DNA from: Rhina ancylostomus
Taxonomy: Eukaryota
DNA length: 64,000 bases
Assembly: GCA_030265395.1 (NCBI GenBank)
Contig: JARFYF010000056.1
Span: 13,684,618 to 13,748,617, forward strand
Direction: 5' to 3'
Every line of letters begins with the position of its first letter. Within the stretch, counting starts at the first letter, position 1. Both the position numbers and the translations under genes were made by a program. This document shows, piece by piece, positions 25,870 through 39,480 of this stretch. The notes under the pieces were generated by a model. The model made no database searches. It worked only from the letters and a program-made list of their open reading frames with translations, and was not told where the DNA came from.

Positions 25870-27175
25870 GCAGTCTTTGGGGGAGTGGATGTAAATTGGG
25901 AAATGCAGTCAATGTGAAAGGTTGGTAGTTGGAGGCACTCGATGGCTTCGTTGAGAGAAGAAAGGATGGTGCAGTCAGTGGGCTTCAAGGGGAAAGCAAC
26001 TGGAATTGCAGCTTGCACGTGGGTAAATGATTGTAGTTGATGAAGGTCATCATTGCAGGAGTTCCTCATGGCAGGGTCCTAGGCCCAGTGACCTTCACCT
26101 GTTTCACTAATGACCTTTTGTCATAATGTCAGAAATGGAGATGTTTGTGATGATTCTATTCACAACTCCTCAGCAAAGGAAGCAATACATGCCTCATGCA
26201 GAAAGACCTGGTCCACAATCAGGCATAGGCTGATAAACGACAAGTAACGAATGTCTCACAAGCGAACCAGGCAATGACCAACTCCAATGAGAAAACATCT
26301 AACCACCTACTCTTAGCATTACCATTGCCAATTCCCCCAGCAGCATAAATACCATGGCTATGTGAGCAAGTCAGAAACTGGATATATCCTGCAGTGATGA
26401 ACTCAGCTCTTGATGTCACGAAGACATCAAAGTTTGTACTTGTCTGGATGAGAGCTGGTCTGACAGCACTTGATTGGTGACCCATGCATCTTTCAAAACA
26501 TTCATTCCCTTCACTACTGATGCACAGTGCTTGCAGTGTGTGCCATCTACAAAATCCACTGCAGTTAGTCACCTAGGCTATTCCAACAGCACTTCCCAAA
26601 CCCTCAAGCACCACCACCAAGAAGGACAACACCAGCAGGTGCACCAAGAAGGACCACCACCACCTAGGTTCCCCTCCAAGTCTTCCTTGTTTGGAAATAT
26701 ATTGCCAGGCCCAAATCATGACCAGTTCTACAACCTGGAATTAAGATAAGATATCTTTATTAGTCACATGTACATTGAAACACACTGTGAAATGCATCTT
26801 TTATGTAGTGTTCTGGGGGCAGCCCACAAGTGTCACCACGCTTCCGGTGCCAACATAGCATGCCCACAACTTCCTAACCCAGACATGTTTGGAATGTGTG
26901 GGAGGACACCAGAGCACCCGGAGGAAACCCACACAGACGTGGGGAGAACGTACAAACTCCTTACAGACAGCGGCCAGAATTGAACCTGGGTTGCTGGCGC
27001 TGTGAAGCGTTATGCTAACCGCTATACTACCCTGCATACTCAATAGCATGTGGGAGTACCTGTACTAGAGGCACTGCTGCAGTTTAAGAAGACAACTCAT
27101 AGCACCTTGCTCAAGGGCAATAATGCTGACTTTGCCAGCAATGCCCACTTCCTGAAAAATGAATAAATAAAGATG
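25870..27175 (+). mobile_element. Decayed CR1-group non-LTR retrotransposon 3' portion, interrupted by a SINE
   Basis: RT-like caggagttcctcatggcagggtcctaggccca (PQGSVLGP remnant) and tail tcaagggcaa...gccagcaatgcccac...aatgaataaa. Related pieces at 33060-33400 (-) and 57990-58125. Confidence 0.6.
26745..27033 (-). mobile_element. V-domain SINE inserted into the LINE
   Basis: tttggaatgtgtgggaggacaccagagcacccggaggaaacccacacagacgtggggagaacgtacaaactcc is a reverse-complemented V domain. Confidence 0.8.
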
Positions 27176-27289
27176 AAGAAAGGGTGTCAAGCTCATTTGG
27201 ATGGGTGGGGAGGTAGGGAAGATGTTCACTCACAAATTGACCAGTTGAAATCATCAAAGAAGTTACCCTCTGTTTCCATGACAGCCATT

Positions 27290-27560
27290 GGTGTGTTCCC
27301 TGCTCTGGCAGCAATTTGGTTTTAAAAATTCTCATAATTGTATTCAAATTGCCTACAGTTTCTTGCTTCCTTATCTCCATAACCTCACCCTCACCCTTAA
27401 TGACCTTCTTTAAATCCATCCTCTTGCACATCACATACTGCACCATTGGTGACTATGCCTTCATCTACCAAGTCCCCTGGTTCTGGAATTCCCTCCCTAA
27501 ACCTCTCCAGCTCCCTTCATCTCCTTCCACTTCTTGAAACCCAAGTCTTTGACCAAACTT
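27290..27560 (+). mobile_element. L2 LINE 3' fragment
   Basis: ttttaaaaattctcat...gccttc...ctggaattccctccctaaacctctcc; related piece at 39960-40220. Confidence 0.55.
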
Positions 27561-28284
27561 TACGTCAGTGTCTTGATCTCCCTCTGTATGAAGTTTGTTT
27601 GGTAACTTTCCCCAACAGGATGTCTTATCACATTGAAAGCTGCTGTTCACAGAAGGCTAACATTGCAAAACAAATCTCAAGTGTTTACATGCCGCCTCAT
27701 CTTCCATCTTAAAACAAGTCATTAATTCAATGTTTTAAGGTATTTCTTTCCGTTGTGTTTCAAGATATACTGCAGAGTATTTCATTCCTGTTTACCTGTT
27801 CTGGGACTGGCCACTGAAAATTGTTATCAAAATCAAAATAAAATCAGAAAATGCTGGAAATACTCAGCAGGTCAGCTGCATCTGAGGGAAGAGAAACCAA
27901 GTCAGTGCTTCAGGTTGAGTACCCTGCTGAGAATTTCTCGCATTTTCAGTTTTTATCACTGAAAATCGTTCATTTGTTGTTAGAATATCTCAACCACCTA
28001 CTATGCATACTTTGACAGAACACTACAATAAAGTGCAATGGTTAACTGGTAAATTATGAAGGAAAATGTTACAGTTCGTGTTTGTATTGACACAATCCTG
28101 TTGTACTGTGGGATGTAGAAGATGTTCTGTTTACACAATGTTCTGCATCCTCTTAGCCTTTCAGATGTTGGAGGCTTCATGCACTGTTGTCTGCTGGCTG
28201 ACATTGACTGTGTGGTGACCATTTTGTCACCTCCACTGAAACACTGCTTAAACCCAACCTCTTCTGGTTCCCAGTCCTTATGTG

Positions 28285-28750
28285 GCAGAAACAAACAATC
28301 TGCTGGAGGAATTCAGTGGGTCGAGCAGCATCTGTGGGAGGAAAGGAACTGTCCACGTTTCGGGTCAAAACCCTGCATCAGGACAGAGTGGGGAGGCGAG
28401 ATGGCCAGTATAAAGAGAAGGGGGGTGGTGAGAAGGAAAACCGAGGTGATTGTTGGACTGAGNNNNNNNNNNNNNNNNNNNNNNNNNNNNNNNNNNNNNN
28501 NNNNNNNNNNNNNNNNNNNNNNNNNNNNNNNNNNNNNNAGACACTGAGAGAGAGGGAAGAGGGACAAAGAGAAAAGGATGAACATCAGGGCATTACCTCC
28601 CACACTGTCACAGAGCTCATTACATCAGGAGATCGCCCCACCACAGCCTCTAACCTGATAGTGCCTCAACCCTGCACTTCCCACTTTTATCTCTTAACTA
28701 AAATCCACAGACAGGATTGTCATGGTAGGCCCATTGTTTCTGCCAACTGC
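28285..28750 (+). mobile_element. Penelope-like element: inverted terminal repeat plus reverse transcriptase N-terminal fragment
   Basis: The ORF segment ITSGDRPTTASNLIVPQPCTSHFYLLTKIHRQDCHGRPIVSA resembles the PLE RT motif FYxLPKIHK...RPIVS. It is preceded by a - strand terminal repeat with a hammerhead-like core. Confidence 0.8.
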
Positions 28751-30139
28751 CCCCTTGGCAGAGGTGGGTGTTATTATAGTGATAACTCTCCAGTGGCACT
28801 TTTGAATGTATATGGTACTGTACAGATGTGAGCATTATCACAGTCACTCTGAATGCTGCCAGCACCCTGCCTTATTGCCAGGAATCTGCAGCAGTTGTTT
28901 TGGTGTTCTTCCCTGAATGGGCATTCTTCCCAGTGTGAGCAAACTTCTCCGAGGTGGTGCTGGGAATTGTGCAGGGCTGGGTGTTTCACAATCTGAAGAT
29001 CAGCTCCACAGATTAGTCAGTGCTGTAAGGCGCAGCAGAACAGGAGCAGCAAGAACCTCTGCAGAGCACAGAGGTTGGGACTCGTTGGTGCAGCGGTATC
29101 TCCAGATTACTGGGAAATCACCAGTAGTTCAAGCTAACAACAAGAGTGTTCGCCATGCACAGTGCATTACTCTTCCATCCACAAAACCTGTAACGTCTAA
29201 ACAACACTTCCTCTGTTCTGACTTTTGTCTCACACTTCATTGCATTCTCTTCCTTATGTTTGGCCATCTGACATTTCCAGTTGGTTTTGGATAGCTCCAC
29301 AAAATTGAATTAATTTTGTCTCACTCCTGGATTCCACAAGTAACCCCATCACAGATGAGCAAATTCTTCAACTCTAAGAAACTGTGGCTAACCATTCTTC
29401 CTCCATACAGATGTATTGAAGAGTCCCCTAAGCTCTTTGGTGCATGTGAAGAACTCATAATGGTCTTTTTGGGCAGGGTGCAGTGCGCCTGTAATGAATA
29501 GAATGCATTCTCCACAGTCTGATTGGTTGACTTCATGCCAGGGTACAATTCTCCCTTATGACCAGTTCGTACAGTAGCACCTTTTCCTTTGTCTTCTTTA
29601 GTTTATCTGAGAAAGGCAGCTCAATATGTAGTGTAACCTCTTCCCACTATTCTTTAGACTGAATACTTGCCTGAAAATCCAGCAACTTTGGTGTCTTTAT
29701 TTGCTCCTCAAGCACCATCTCTACTGAATGATGCACCTCACTGCCTCGGTGCATGTTCACCTGTTAACTCAGCTGTGAGGGATTTCACCAGGTACGTGAT
29801 ATTCAGATTCTGCCATGGCATCTGTGTTCCATTGCTTCATCAACAAAAAGACCTTATGGTCTGATTAAATTACAGGAAAGTAGACAGTAATTCAAACTAA
29901 CAGCAGTGGTATTTGATTAAATGAAATAAAAAAAACTTACAGTGTCCAGATAGCATTTCTTGCTGTGGTTTCCTCCATAGAGGCAGAATACTGGAACTTG
30001 CCATAGTAAACACTGCAGCAACAACAGGGAGAGCACTTCGTCACACAATACACTTTTGGAAACGGTATCGTCTTAAAACAGCTGGGAATATTTCCAACCC
30101 CTATTATATATGACACATTACACTGGAAATGAGGACATA

Positions 30140-31170
30140 CCTCATTTAGGTTATCAAGAAGGCAGGTGGAATGTTGGCCTCCATTGCTAGAGGGATTGAA
30201 TTTAAGAGCAGGGAGGTTATGCTGCAACTGCACAGGGTACTGGTGAGGCCACACCTGGAGTACCACGTGCAGTTCTGGTCTCCTTACTTGAGGAAAGATA
30301 TACTGGCTTTGTAGGCGGTGGAGAGGAGGTTCATCAGGTTGATTCCAGAAATGAGGGGGTTAGCCTCTGAAGAGAGATTGAGAATACTTACTAGAATTCA
30401 GAAGAATGAGAGGGGCTCTTATAGAAACATATAAAATTATGAAAGAGATAGATAAGATAGGTGCAGGAAAGTTGTTTCCACCAGTAGGTGAGACAAGAAC
30501 TAGGGGACATAGCCTCAAGATTTGGGGAAATAGATTTAGGACGGAGATGAGGAGGAAATGTTTTTTCCTGGAGAGTAGTGAATCTGTGGAATTCTCTGCC
30601 CAGGGANNNNNNNNNNCCAGACGCTACCTCATTAAATATATTTAAGACACGGTTAGATAGATTTTTGCATAATAAGGGAATTAAGGGTTATGGGGAAAAG
30701 GCAGGTAGGTGGAGCCAAGTCCACAACNNNNNNNNNNNNNNNNNNNNNNNNNNNNNNNNNNNNNNNNNNNNNNNNNNNNNNNNNNNNNNNNNNNNNNNNN
30801 NNNNNNNNNNNNNNNNNNNNNNNNNNNAGAGGCAGGAAAGTTGTTTCCACTGGTAGGTGAGACTAGAACCAGGGGACATCGCCTCAGGATTCTGGGGAAT
30901 AGATTTCGGATGGAGATGAGGAGGAACTGCTTTCCCCAGAGAGTGGTGAATCTGTGGAATTCTCTGCCCAGGGAAGCAGTGGAGGCTGCCTTATTAAATA
31001 TGTTTGAGACACAGATAGATTTTTGGATAGTAGGGGAATTAAAGGTTATGGGGAATAGGCAGGTAGGTAGAACTGAGTCTACAGCCAGATCAGCCATGAT
31101 CTTATTGAATGGCGGAGCAGGCTCGATGGGCCAGATGGCCGACTCCTGCTCCTATTTCTTATGTTCTTAT
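30140..31170 (+). mobile_element. CR1 LINE 3' region (two overlapping partial copies either side of a gap)
   Basis: LVRPHLEYHVQFWSPYLRKD...RGALIETYKI...TRTRGHSLKI...VVNLWNSLP; ends cctatttcttatgttcttatg. Confidence 0.92.
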
Positions 31171-33059
31171 GACCTCAAACAGCAGTTAAAATCCACTCTG
31201 AACATAAGAAAGTAAGAAATCAACCCTAGAATATATCATACCACACTTTGAGCCTTCTCAGCCACTTCATAAAATTGTGAAAAATCACAAGCTTCAAATC
31301 CACTTTTCTACCCAAGCCCTATAACTGAAGAATTTCTTTGAGATTATAGCTGCAGATTTTTGAGAGAAAATGTAAACTAGTAGGAAAATAGAGAATACTG
31401 GCAGGAAACCAACTGAAAAGGAAGACCAAATTTTGAGCCAGACATTTGGAAGTTGAGGACTGTTTAATCCTTTATCAAAGGTGTGACTTGAGTTGAGCTC
31501 CACCAAAACCTTTCCCTTAACATCCAACGGCTTGGCTTGTGTGCTAGTTGATATGTTCAAGTACTGATTATCTAACCTTGAATGGCCATACATCCTTGTT
31601 CTCCAGGGGCAATGGCCAAATAACACACTGTACCACTGGACAAACAATATCCTGGATTGCTTGCCCCATGGATCAAGCTTTGTTTGGTCACTGAGACCTT
31701 GGCTGTTTGGAGCCTTCATGGAGGTCAATATTTTAAAATGTTACTGGAAATGAAATTTGTTCCAGGTTGAATTTCATTTTCCTCATAGTTCTTGGTCTGG
31801 CAACTATGCCCAGAAAGTGGGAATGTATGGTCACTGTCTCAAAGTGATTGGAAGTCTTGACGGGTTTTCCACTATTGTCTACTCTCAGGTGCTATTAAAT
31901 GGAATTAATTTTAACTTTTAAAATAAATTGTTCATGCTGGATGGTGAAAACATTCTGTTCCCATTGCTCTACCTTTCAAAAACCTTAGAACTTATGCAAT
32001 GTAACATTTCTAAACCTACCTTCCTCATTAAGATTGCTTTCAAAAGTTCTTTAATTTAAGAATATAGATATGGTATTGAATTTGCAAAGCTAGTACTGCA
32101 GATGTTTTGGTGAACTTTGCCAGCATACCCTGCAGCGAGCTTGTCTCTTCCTTACTGAGTAACGAGAAACTCCCAAAACACCCAGGGAGTGAGGCAGGGA
32201 GTAGAAGGGAGGACAAGGAAGAGAATCAGGGCAATATTCCAAAACCAAGGCATTCAGCCAGAATTGCTAAACTGTACCCACTGGCCAAGGCCCAAATGCA
32301 CCCCAGTCCTTTCATTGGTTCACAGGGCTCCTGGACTATGAAGACAACACATCTGAGTGGTGTTCCTGTATTATTCATAAACACTGTGTGTGTTTGTGTG
32401 TGTGTTCACACACTTCAGTAGCTCATTGTCACGGATGTGACAATGAAAAGCACTTTTTTCCCCTTATTTTATAAGTTAAACTGTAAACTGCTAGAGGTAT
32501 TTTCCAGACTACCCCTACAATGGCTATTAAGCTGCACCCCACCCTACATGCCCTAGATTAGTTTAGAAAACATCATCTCCCTATAAACACCATGACGCCC
32601 ATGGGTAACTCTTGCTCCACCTACTGGTTACCAATAATATTGTTGAACCATGTACACATTTTTTAAAGATGATCTCATTGATTTAGAAACTGAGCGTAAG
32701 ACCACATTTCAGCTATTTGGGGTGCTCAGTCCTGATTGCTGGACCCCTGACATGATTTTACTAAGAGATACTTTCCCTCACCCCTGCTCTTCACTTTCCT
32801 TCATCGCTTGACCTTTCTTTCTGTTGCAGGGAAAGGTTAATGCCCAGCTTCCACCATGGACTCTCACCGATGCACTGGTTGCATTACCTCTCACCCTGCT
32901 TCCTGCAACTGTTTTCCCCCATTCTTCCACATCTTCCATCTCTTCCAGGATATCAATTTCCATACTGGTATTTCCAGTATATCTTGATTTTTCCTTAATT
33001 CTGGATTTACCTCTACCATAGTTACCAGAGCCCACAACTGGGTCCACATTTCCCACACT

Positions 33060-33405
33060 TCCACATAGGTTGGAGCTGCTCTCATCCAGGCAAGTGGGAA
33101 ATAAACCGTTGCACTCATGATTTGTGCCTGTAGATGGTGGAAAGGCTTCGGGGTGTGAGGAAATGAGTCACTCACTATAGAATACCAGCCTCTGACCTGC
33201 TCTTGTAGCCACACTAATTATGTGGCTGGTCCAGTCACGTTTCTGGTCAGTGGTGACCCCAGGGTGTTAATGCTGGTGTATTTGGCAGTGGTAAACTCAT
33301 TGAGTTTCAAAGGTGAGCGGTTACACTATTGTTGGAGATGGTCATTGCCTGAAATTTCTGTGGCATGAATCTCACTTGTTTCTGTCAGTTCATGCCTGAA
33401 TGTTG
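33060..33405 (-). mobile_element. Non-LTR retrotransposon fragment (same family as 25870-27175)
   Basis: gttggagctgctctcatccaggcaagt...ggagatggtcattgcctg is the reverse complement of sequence at about 26220-26460. Confidence 0.6.
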
Positions 33406-35416
33406 TAATTGGTTATAAAATGTTTTGGGATGTTCTGAGCTAAATTATATACTAAATTATAAACCTTTTGAAAGAAACTTATAATTCCTGTGTGTACTTC
33501 TCATACTTAGCTTGTTGAGGTCCTTTTGCTGCTCAGCCTGAGAGACCACACCTACACAAGTGTAACTGGATGGAACATTGTCTTTGCAATAATCTCGCAC
33601 TACATTATGCCCAATGCATTAGCCATAGTACAGTGAGAGTTGCTGTATTTGTTACTTTTCAGGTCAGTGTACTCTAAGCCCACCTCCCCAAAATGGATTA
33701 CCCGGTGATTCATCTCGTTATTCTTTGTGTGATTTTGGGAGAGTTCTGGATTTTCTCTGCCATAGAATTTTCTACCGAAAGTTTCCCCTGTCAGTGGCAG
33801 AGCAGAGCCAGGGTGTGCTGCTCGCCCCAGAGGGAGTGATAATCCTGCATCAAAGGTTTAACACCCACATGGAAAAAGAGCTATGGAAATAAACTCAATC
33901 TGGTCAGCTTTCCTCTTAAGGATACTTCTACCACCATCTCGGGACATCCTTCTATTGCTAGATGACATTGATAGAGACTCAGGGTGAAGGAGGCTGGAGG
34001 CACCTCACCCAGTTGGTCACGTTTGGGTACAGACTCGGCACAGGGTGGGGACCTATCCCACCCCCCTTCCTAATGGAAAGGGGGTCCTCCCCAATATATC
34101 TCTGATTTTTGGAATTGCTGCTCCAGTTTCTGTGTGGGCTGTTTAGAAACTCCTAATATATGAATCGTGCACCCAAGGTGTCCACCTTTCCAATTGTCCC
34201 ACTTAGTCAGACCAGGTGAAGACAGTCTTGAAGCTTTTACTGACAGCAAAGCAGACACCAGCCCCCAAGCCCTGAGTTGATACCAGNNNNNNNNNNNNNN
34301 NNNNNNNNNNNNNNNNNNNNNNNNNNNNNNNNNNNNNNNNNNNNNNNNNNNNNNNNNNNNNNNNNNNNNNNNNNNNNNNNNNNNNNGAGGTCATGGCTTT
34401 AGCTCCTTCGTGAAATGACTCTCAACAATCCATTGCAGAAAAAGTGGAGACCCATACCAGATATGCCTGTTCCCCATCACTAGATGTCACTTGGCTGCAT
34501 GGGGAGTGGAGGAGATCTCCTTAGAGACCTGGCCTGTATTTACTTCTCAGCCAATATCATTGAAAAACCAGATAATGACAAGGGTTTGTGCTGTCCACAA
34601 ATGCTGTCAGGTTTCCTATATTTACAATAGTGACTGCACATCTGAAGTACCAAGTAGCCTGTAAAGTGGTTTGGGACTTCCTGAGATTGAGAAAGGTGCT
34701 ATAGGAATGCATGCTCTTTCTCCCTTTTTCTCCTTGTCTTTCTTACAATTTATGCCAACCTGGAAGTTAGACCAGACTGGGATGCAATCCACTCTGCTCA
34801 CACCTCCTTGGTACGAGTGCGTTCACCTTTAAGAACGGAGTGTTTGATGAGTGTTGACTTTTGATACATTGTTCTACCAGCCACTGCTGTTAAATGGCAG
34901 TTGTCTGCCTTCAGTAGAGGATATTGATTGGTGATTCTGCCTCTGGTATTTGCTTTAGTAGGCAGTGCCAAAGAGCCCTCAGCCCCATATTTCCCCCTCA
35001 CTCCCTATCCCATTGCTTATCTCTGAGTATCTTTGTGTTTGTTCTTCTCCCTTGCATGTGCAAACGTGAGTTCAGAATGACACTTGCAAGGTATCATTCC
35101 AGCAGTTACATTGTGTGGGCTTGCAGTAGGGAGGGATGATAGCCTGGTAGGTGGGAGGGAATGGGTTACACAGTGTCCTGGTAGAATCTCCAGGTATGGT
35201 GTCAATGCCAAATATCTGAAACCTCGGCAGAATGCTGCAGCAACACTCCAGCACAGCTACGGAGCCAAAAAATAAAATCTACCAGATTTTGCAAAGCACA
35301 TTTCCACCTGGAGCTTGTACTTGATGTGTTTGCTGCTGGACAATCTGTTTTCTCCTACAGCTAATGAAAAGAATACAGTGTGAGTTGTGCCATGAAATAT
35401 TGCTGTGCCTTTTGTA

Positions 35417-35442
35417 TGTGTGTGTGTGTGTGTGTGTGTGTG
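35417..35442. repeat. (GT)n microsatellite running into a gap
   Basis: Directly visible. Confidence 0.9.
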
Positions 35443-37000
35443 NNNNNNNNNNNNNNNNNNNNNNNNNNNNNNNNNNNNNNNNNNNNNNNNNNNNNNNNNN
35501 NNNNNNNNNNNNNNNNNNNNNNNNNNNNNNNNNNNNNNNNNNNNNNNNNNNNNNNNNNNNNNNNNNNNNNNNNNNNNNNNNNNNNNNNNNNNNNNNNNNN
35601 NNNNNNNNNNNNNNNNNNNNNNNNNNNNNNNNNNNNNNNNNNNNNNNNNNNNNNNNNNNNNNNNNNNNNNNNNNNNNNNNNNNNNNNNNNNNNNNNNNNC
35701 ATTCCTGTGAATGACATCGTCCTGTTCAATGTCCTATTCCTTGGGCAAAACCTTAGGATGAAGAAACGTTCTTCACTACCCCAGCACATTTATGGTTGCC
35801 ATCCCAGGAATGCCTCAGAATCTACAAGATTTTGATTAATTCCAGGAAATTTCCAGGAGAAAACTTCAGGAAAAAATAATTTTATTTAAAAAATGTTTTC
35901 CAATCCTTTTTTTCTGTTATAAAAATCAGGGCATGGGTAAAAGGCTGTTTGGCTGATGGTCAGGTATTAGCCAATCAGATAATAATTGTTTGCTGATTGG
36001 TGTTAGAAGATAGGTTTGATGTGTTGGCTGACCAATGGTGATCATGGGGGCGGAACAGGTGGAGGAAGCAGGTGTTGTGACAAAGCCTTCTTGAATATGA
36101 CCGACCATGGTTGACAGCCTTGTGCTTGTTTATCTTTTCCTTGCAGGAACAGGATGAAGCCCATTGATTACCATAAAACATAGGAGCAGAATCAGGCCAT
36201 TCGGCCCATCAAGTCTGCTCTGCCATTCAATCATGGCTGATGATTACAGGACTGCTGCACTCCGTGCAGACCTCATACTAAAGTGGCTACCTAAGGCACT
36301 AAAGCTTTGGCTCATCTGATCTGTGCCTGTCACTGAGTCCAAAGGTTATGAGTTCAAATCCCATTCTATGCTTATAGTTGTGGCATGAAGCTTCTTTAGC
36401 TCTGTTGGGCAGTTATATCTCTCAAAGTTCTTTATTTCAGGTTACATTATCTTCCACATGTTTTATAGTGTTAACTGGTTGATGATAACAACATTGACCT
36501 AACTTTTTCTGGCATGTTTGGATTTCAATTTTTTTAAAAATTAACTTTGTAAAATTTAACACTGCCACACTGAAGTTTGGACAGAGGTGGAAAATGAAGG
36601 GGTTGTGGAGTTTTATGAGCTGGCTGCTCCATTTTGATTTCCAGTGCTTTAAATGGATCCAGTGTTACTTTAATTCATTTTAACCCTGTCTCTAACATGA
36701 CTTTCCTCATACCACACACTTTGAGTAGCCAGTCACCAGGAACTGTCTGCCAGAGCACCATCTGAACCACTCTTGAGAGTAGTCTGTCTGTGCCCCAGGA
36801 ATGAGCCTGTTCCCCTTCGATCATTCCTCTCTGCGGGCGACTGTCTGGAATCAGCCCAAGGCTTTCCCTCCATCCACCCAACCTCATTCCCCTCATCTGC
36901 TCACGGTGGTGTGGGAATCGACATAGGAGAAATAGCTGGCATCTAGATGCATTCCTTTAACCATGAGTGAGTCGGTTTTAATATCCTTTATATATACTCA

Positions 37001-37001
<1 letters not shown>

Positions 37002-37058
<57 letters not shown>
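37002..37058. repeat. (CA)n microsatellite
   Basis: Directly visible. Confidence 0.95.
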
Positions 37059-37059
<1 letters not shown>

Positions 37060-39229
37060 CAGCACTGTGTGGCAATTTGGAGCCACATATGAAATCAACC
37101 AGCTACAGACACTCGTTCAAATGTGTAAGAAATTATAATCTCGGTACTAAGTAACTGTGCTTCACAATAGGGGATTCTGTGTGATTTAAAGAGTACCAGA
37201 TGTTGGCAATTGGAGGGTTAATGAAAAAGAATGTGCTTTCTTGTCTATAATTGTAGTCTTTAGCATGTCAGTCGTTTGCCTCATTCTGTTGATCTATGGA
37301 ATACTTCTACATCTGCAGGAAGTCACTACTGAGCCAGTTAATGGATCCAGATGTTGTGAGCCCACATGGTTCTGTGTTAACATTAGCAGGGAGACTCAAT
37401 CAGGGACTGAGTCACAGGCACTGAGGCAGAGATTGGGTATCTCGGTCTCACTGTTTCTCAGAGGGTGATACACACACAATGGTTTTATTCACCTTCTCCA
37501 TTCCTCTCCTCAAACACATAGACAGAGTAAGAACCAGACTGAAATGCAGAGGAAGAGACCAATTCCTTGATATTTATTTTGTTAAAGAAAAGGAGGAGGG
37601 AATGTAACAAGAGAGGCTAAGAGACCGAAAGATAATGGAGAATAAAAAGAAACAGGGATGGAGACAGACGAGGAATGAACGAGGCAGGGAATGAGAAAGA
37701 GAGATTCTGGGAAGCTGAGGAGGTGCTTTCAGCTTATTGCTAGAACGTAAGACCAGCTCTGTGGGTTGACTCCCATTATAGAAACCGTCTGTTTATTTTT
37801 CCTGTGAACCAACGAAAAGGATAATTAGGCAGCTTCTATAATGGACTTCTGACCCACAACACCAGTTGAAAGTTGCCCTCAGAATGTGTCAAATACAGGA
37901 GTATCTCAGTGAGAGTGTCTGAAATATTTAGAATCTGAAGCCAGGACCAGATTTTGGCATTGAGTGAATAGCTGAAGCAACGTCAAACAGCTTCCCCTTC
38001 CCCCTTCCTCTTTTCTCTCCAGACACATGCCCCTCATTATTTTTCTTTCCTCTGCACAGTCTGGAGTTGCCGACCCTCTCGCTTTGTCTTGGAGACCTCG
38101 GGAATGAAATATTCATCTTATGGGCATCACTTGGAGTTAACTTTCTTCCAATGCCTCCATTTGCTGGTCATTAAAAATCTAGGAAATGGGGAGCGGGGAG
38201 GCAAGAAAGGCCAGTTTTGACTGGCTGGAAAGTTGGAGTTGGGAGGGCATGGAATGAAATCTCTAGGAACATGCCCAGCCATGGTGGCCAATCCTAGTAT
38301 TTTCCCAGAAAGCCCTGTCTAAAATGCTCGCTGCATAGCACTCATCTATCAGCCCCCTTCCTTGCCAATATTTGTCTCCTTTTCAATTAAATAACTGCAG
38401 TCCTTTAACACGTCGAGCATGGAACTGTTGGGAATGAAAGTAACTACTCCATTTACTTTATTCTGGTGACCTGAATTCTTATGAAGGACAACATTGGCTG
38501 ATAATGACCTCTCTCATCCCAGAAAGAATCAGCCAGTGCCCAATGCCCCCACAACTACCTTTATACCTTCCAATTTCTGGTTCCTTTCCGGAGTGGGTGA
38601 CCCCTATCTGCCCATTCAGACTGACCCGCCATTATCTCAGTGAAGACAAGGGAAGCTCCCAGGAAGGAAGCACTGAATAATTTCCACCTTTACCCTTATT
38701 TTTAACCTCCTACGACCCTCACCAAACCCTCCCACACTACATCACCACTAGAACTGAGGGTCCGGTGCCCACTTGTGCACCTGAGCTGACACCAGCTAAT
38801 TCAACATGGGACCTGGAATCCAGCCAATGATTTTGCTGAGGACAGTGTTTAGAGGAATGGCTGTGGAGTAAGTGGGGAGCCAAGGAGGGTGGTGAGGGGA
38901 AACATAGTCATTAAAAGAATATGTAGCAGTTGTTTTCCAATGGGTTAATTCCACAGGCATTCACCAGCTTGTCATTTGTGGTTAGATTGTCGGGTTAATT
39001 TTGTACACTAATGGTGGCTCATCATTTGTCATGATGCATCAGGAATTCTAAAAGGGCATGTGTGAAGCATTTGGTCATTCGGTGCACATTGCTAGTTAAA
39101 TAATAAACGCAACCACTAGAGGAGAACCATTTGAAAGAGAAAGTTCCGATTTTGCACTGATTTGGATATCGACTACCAACTGTGGGAAGTGTTGGGGGAC
39201 TGCGGTGGTGAGGGGACATCAGTAGGTTG

Positions 39230-39480
39230 TGCATTCAAGATCCACTCTAGAAGATCCAGGTTGACATTCCAGAGTAGAACTGAGCAGCTCCTGCACTGTC
39301 AGAAGTGCCGTCTTTCAGACGAGACAACAAGCCTCGGCTCTGTTGACACTGTCGGAGCTGAAGTGATTCTGCCATGATTTCTGGACAGTGTTCAATGTCC
39401 AATTCATAGATTATCTGGTTATTATTTCACTACTTTGCCTGGGATCTTGCTGTGTGTACACTGGTTGATAACACTGTGGC
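39230..39480 (+). mobile_element. Deu-domain SINE
   Basis: ctgcactgtcagaagtgccgtctttcagacgagac...gattatctggttatt...gggatcttgctgtgtg. Confidence 0.55.
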
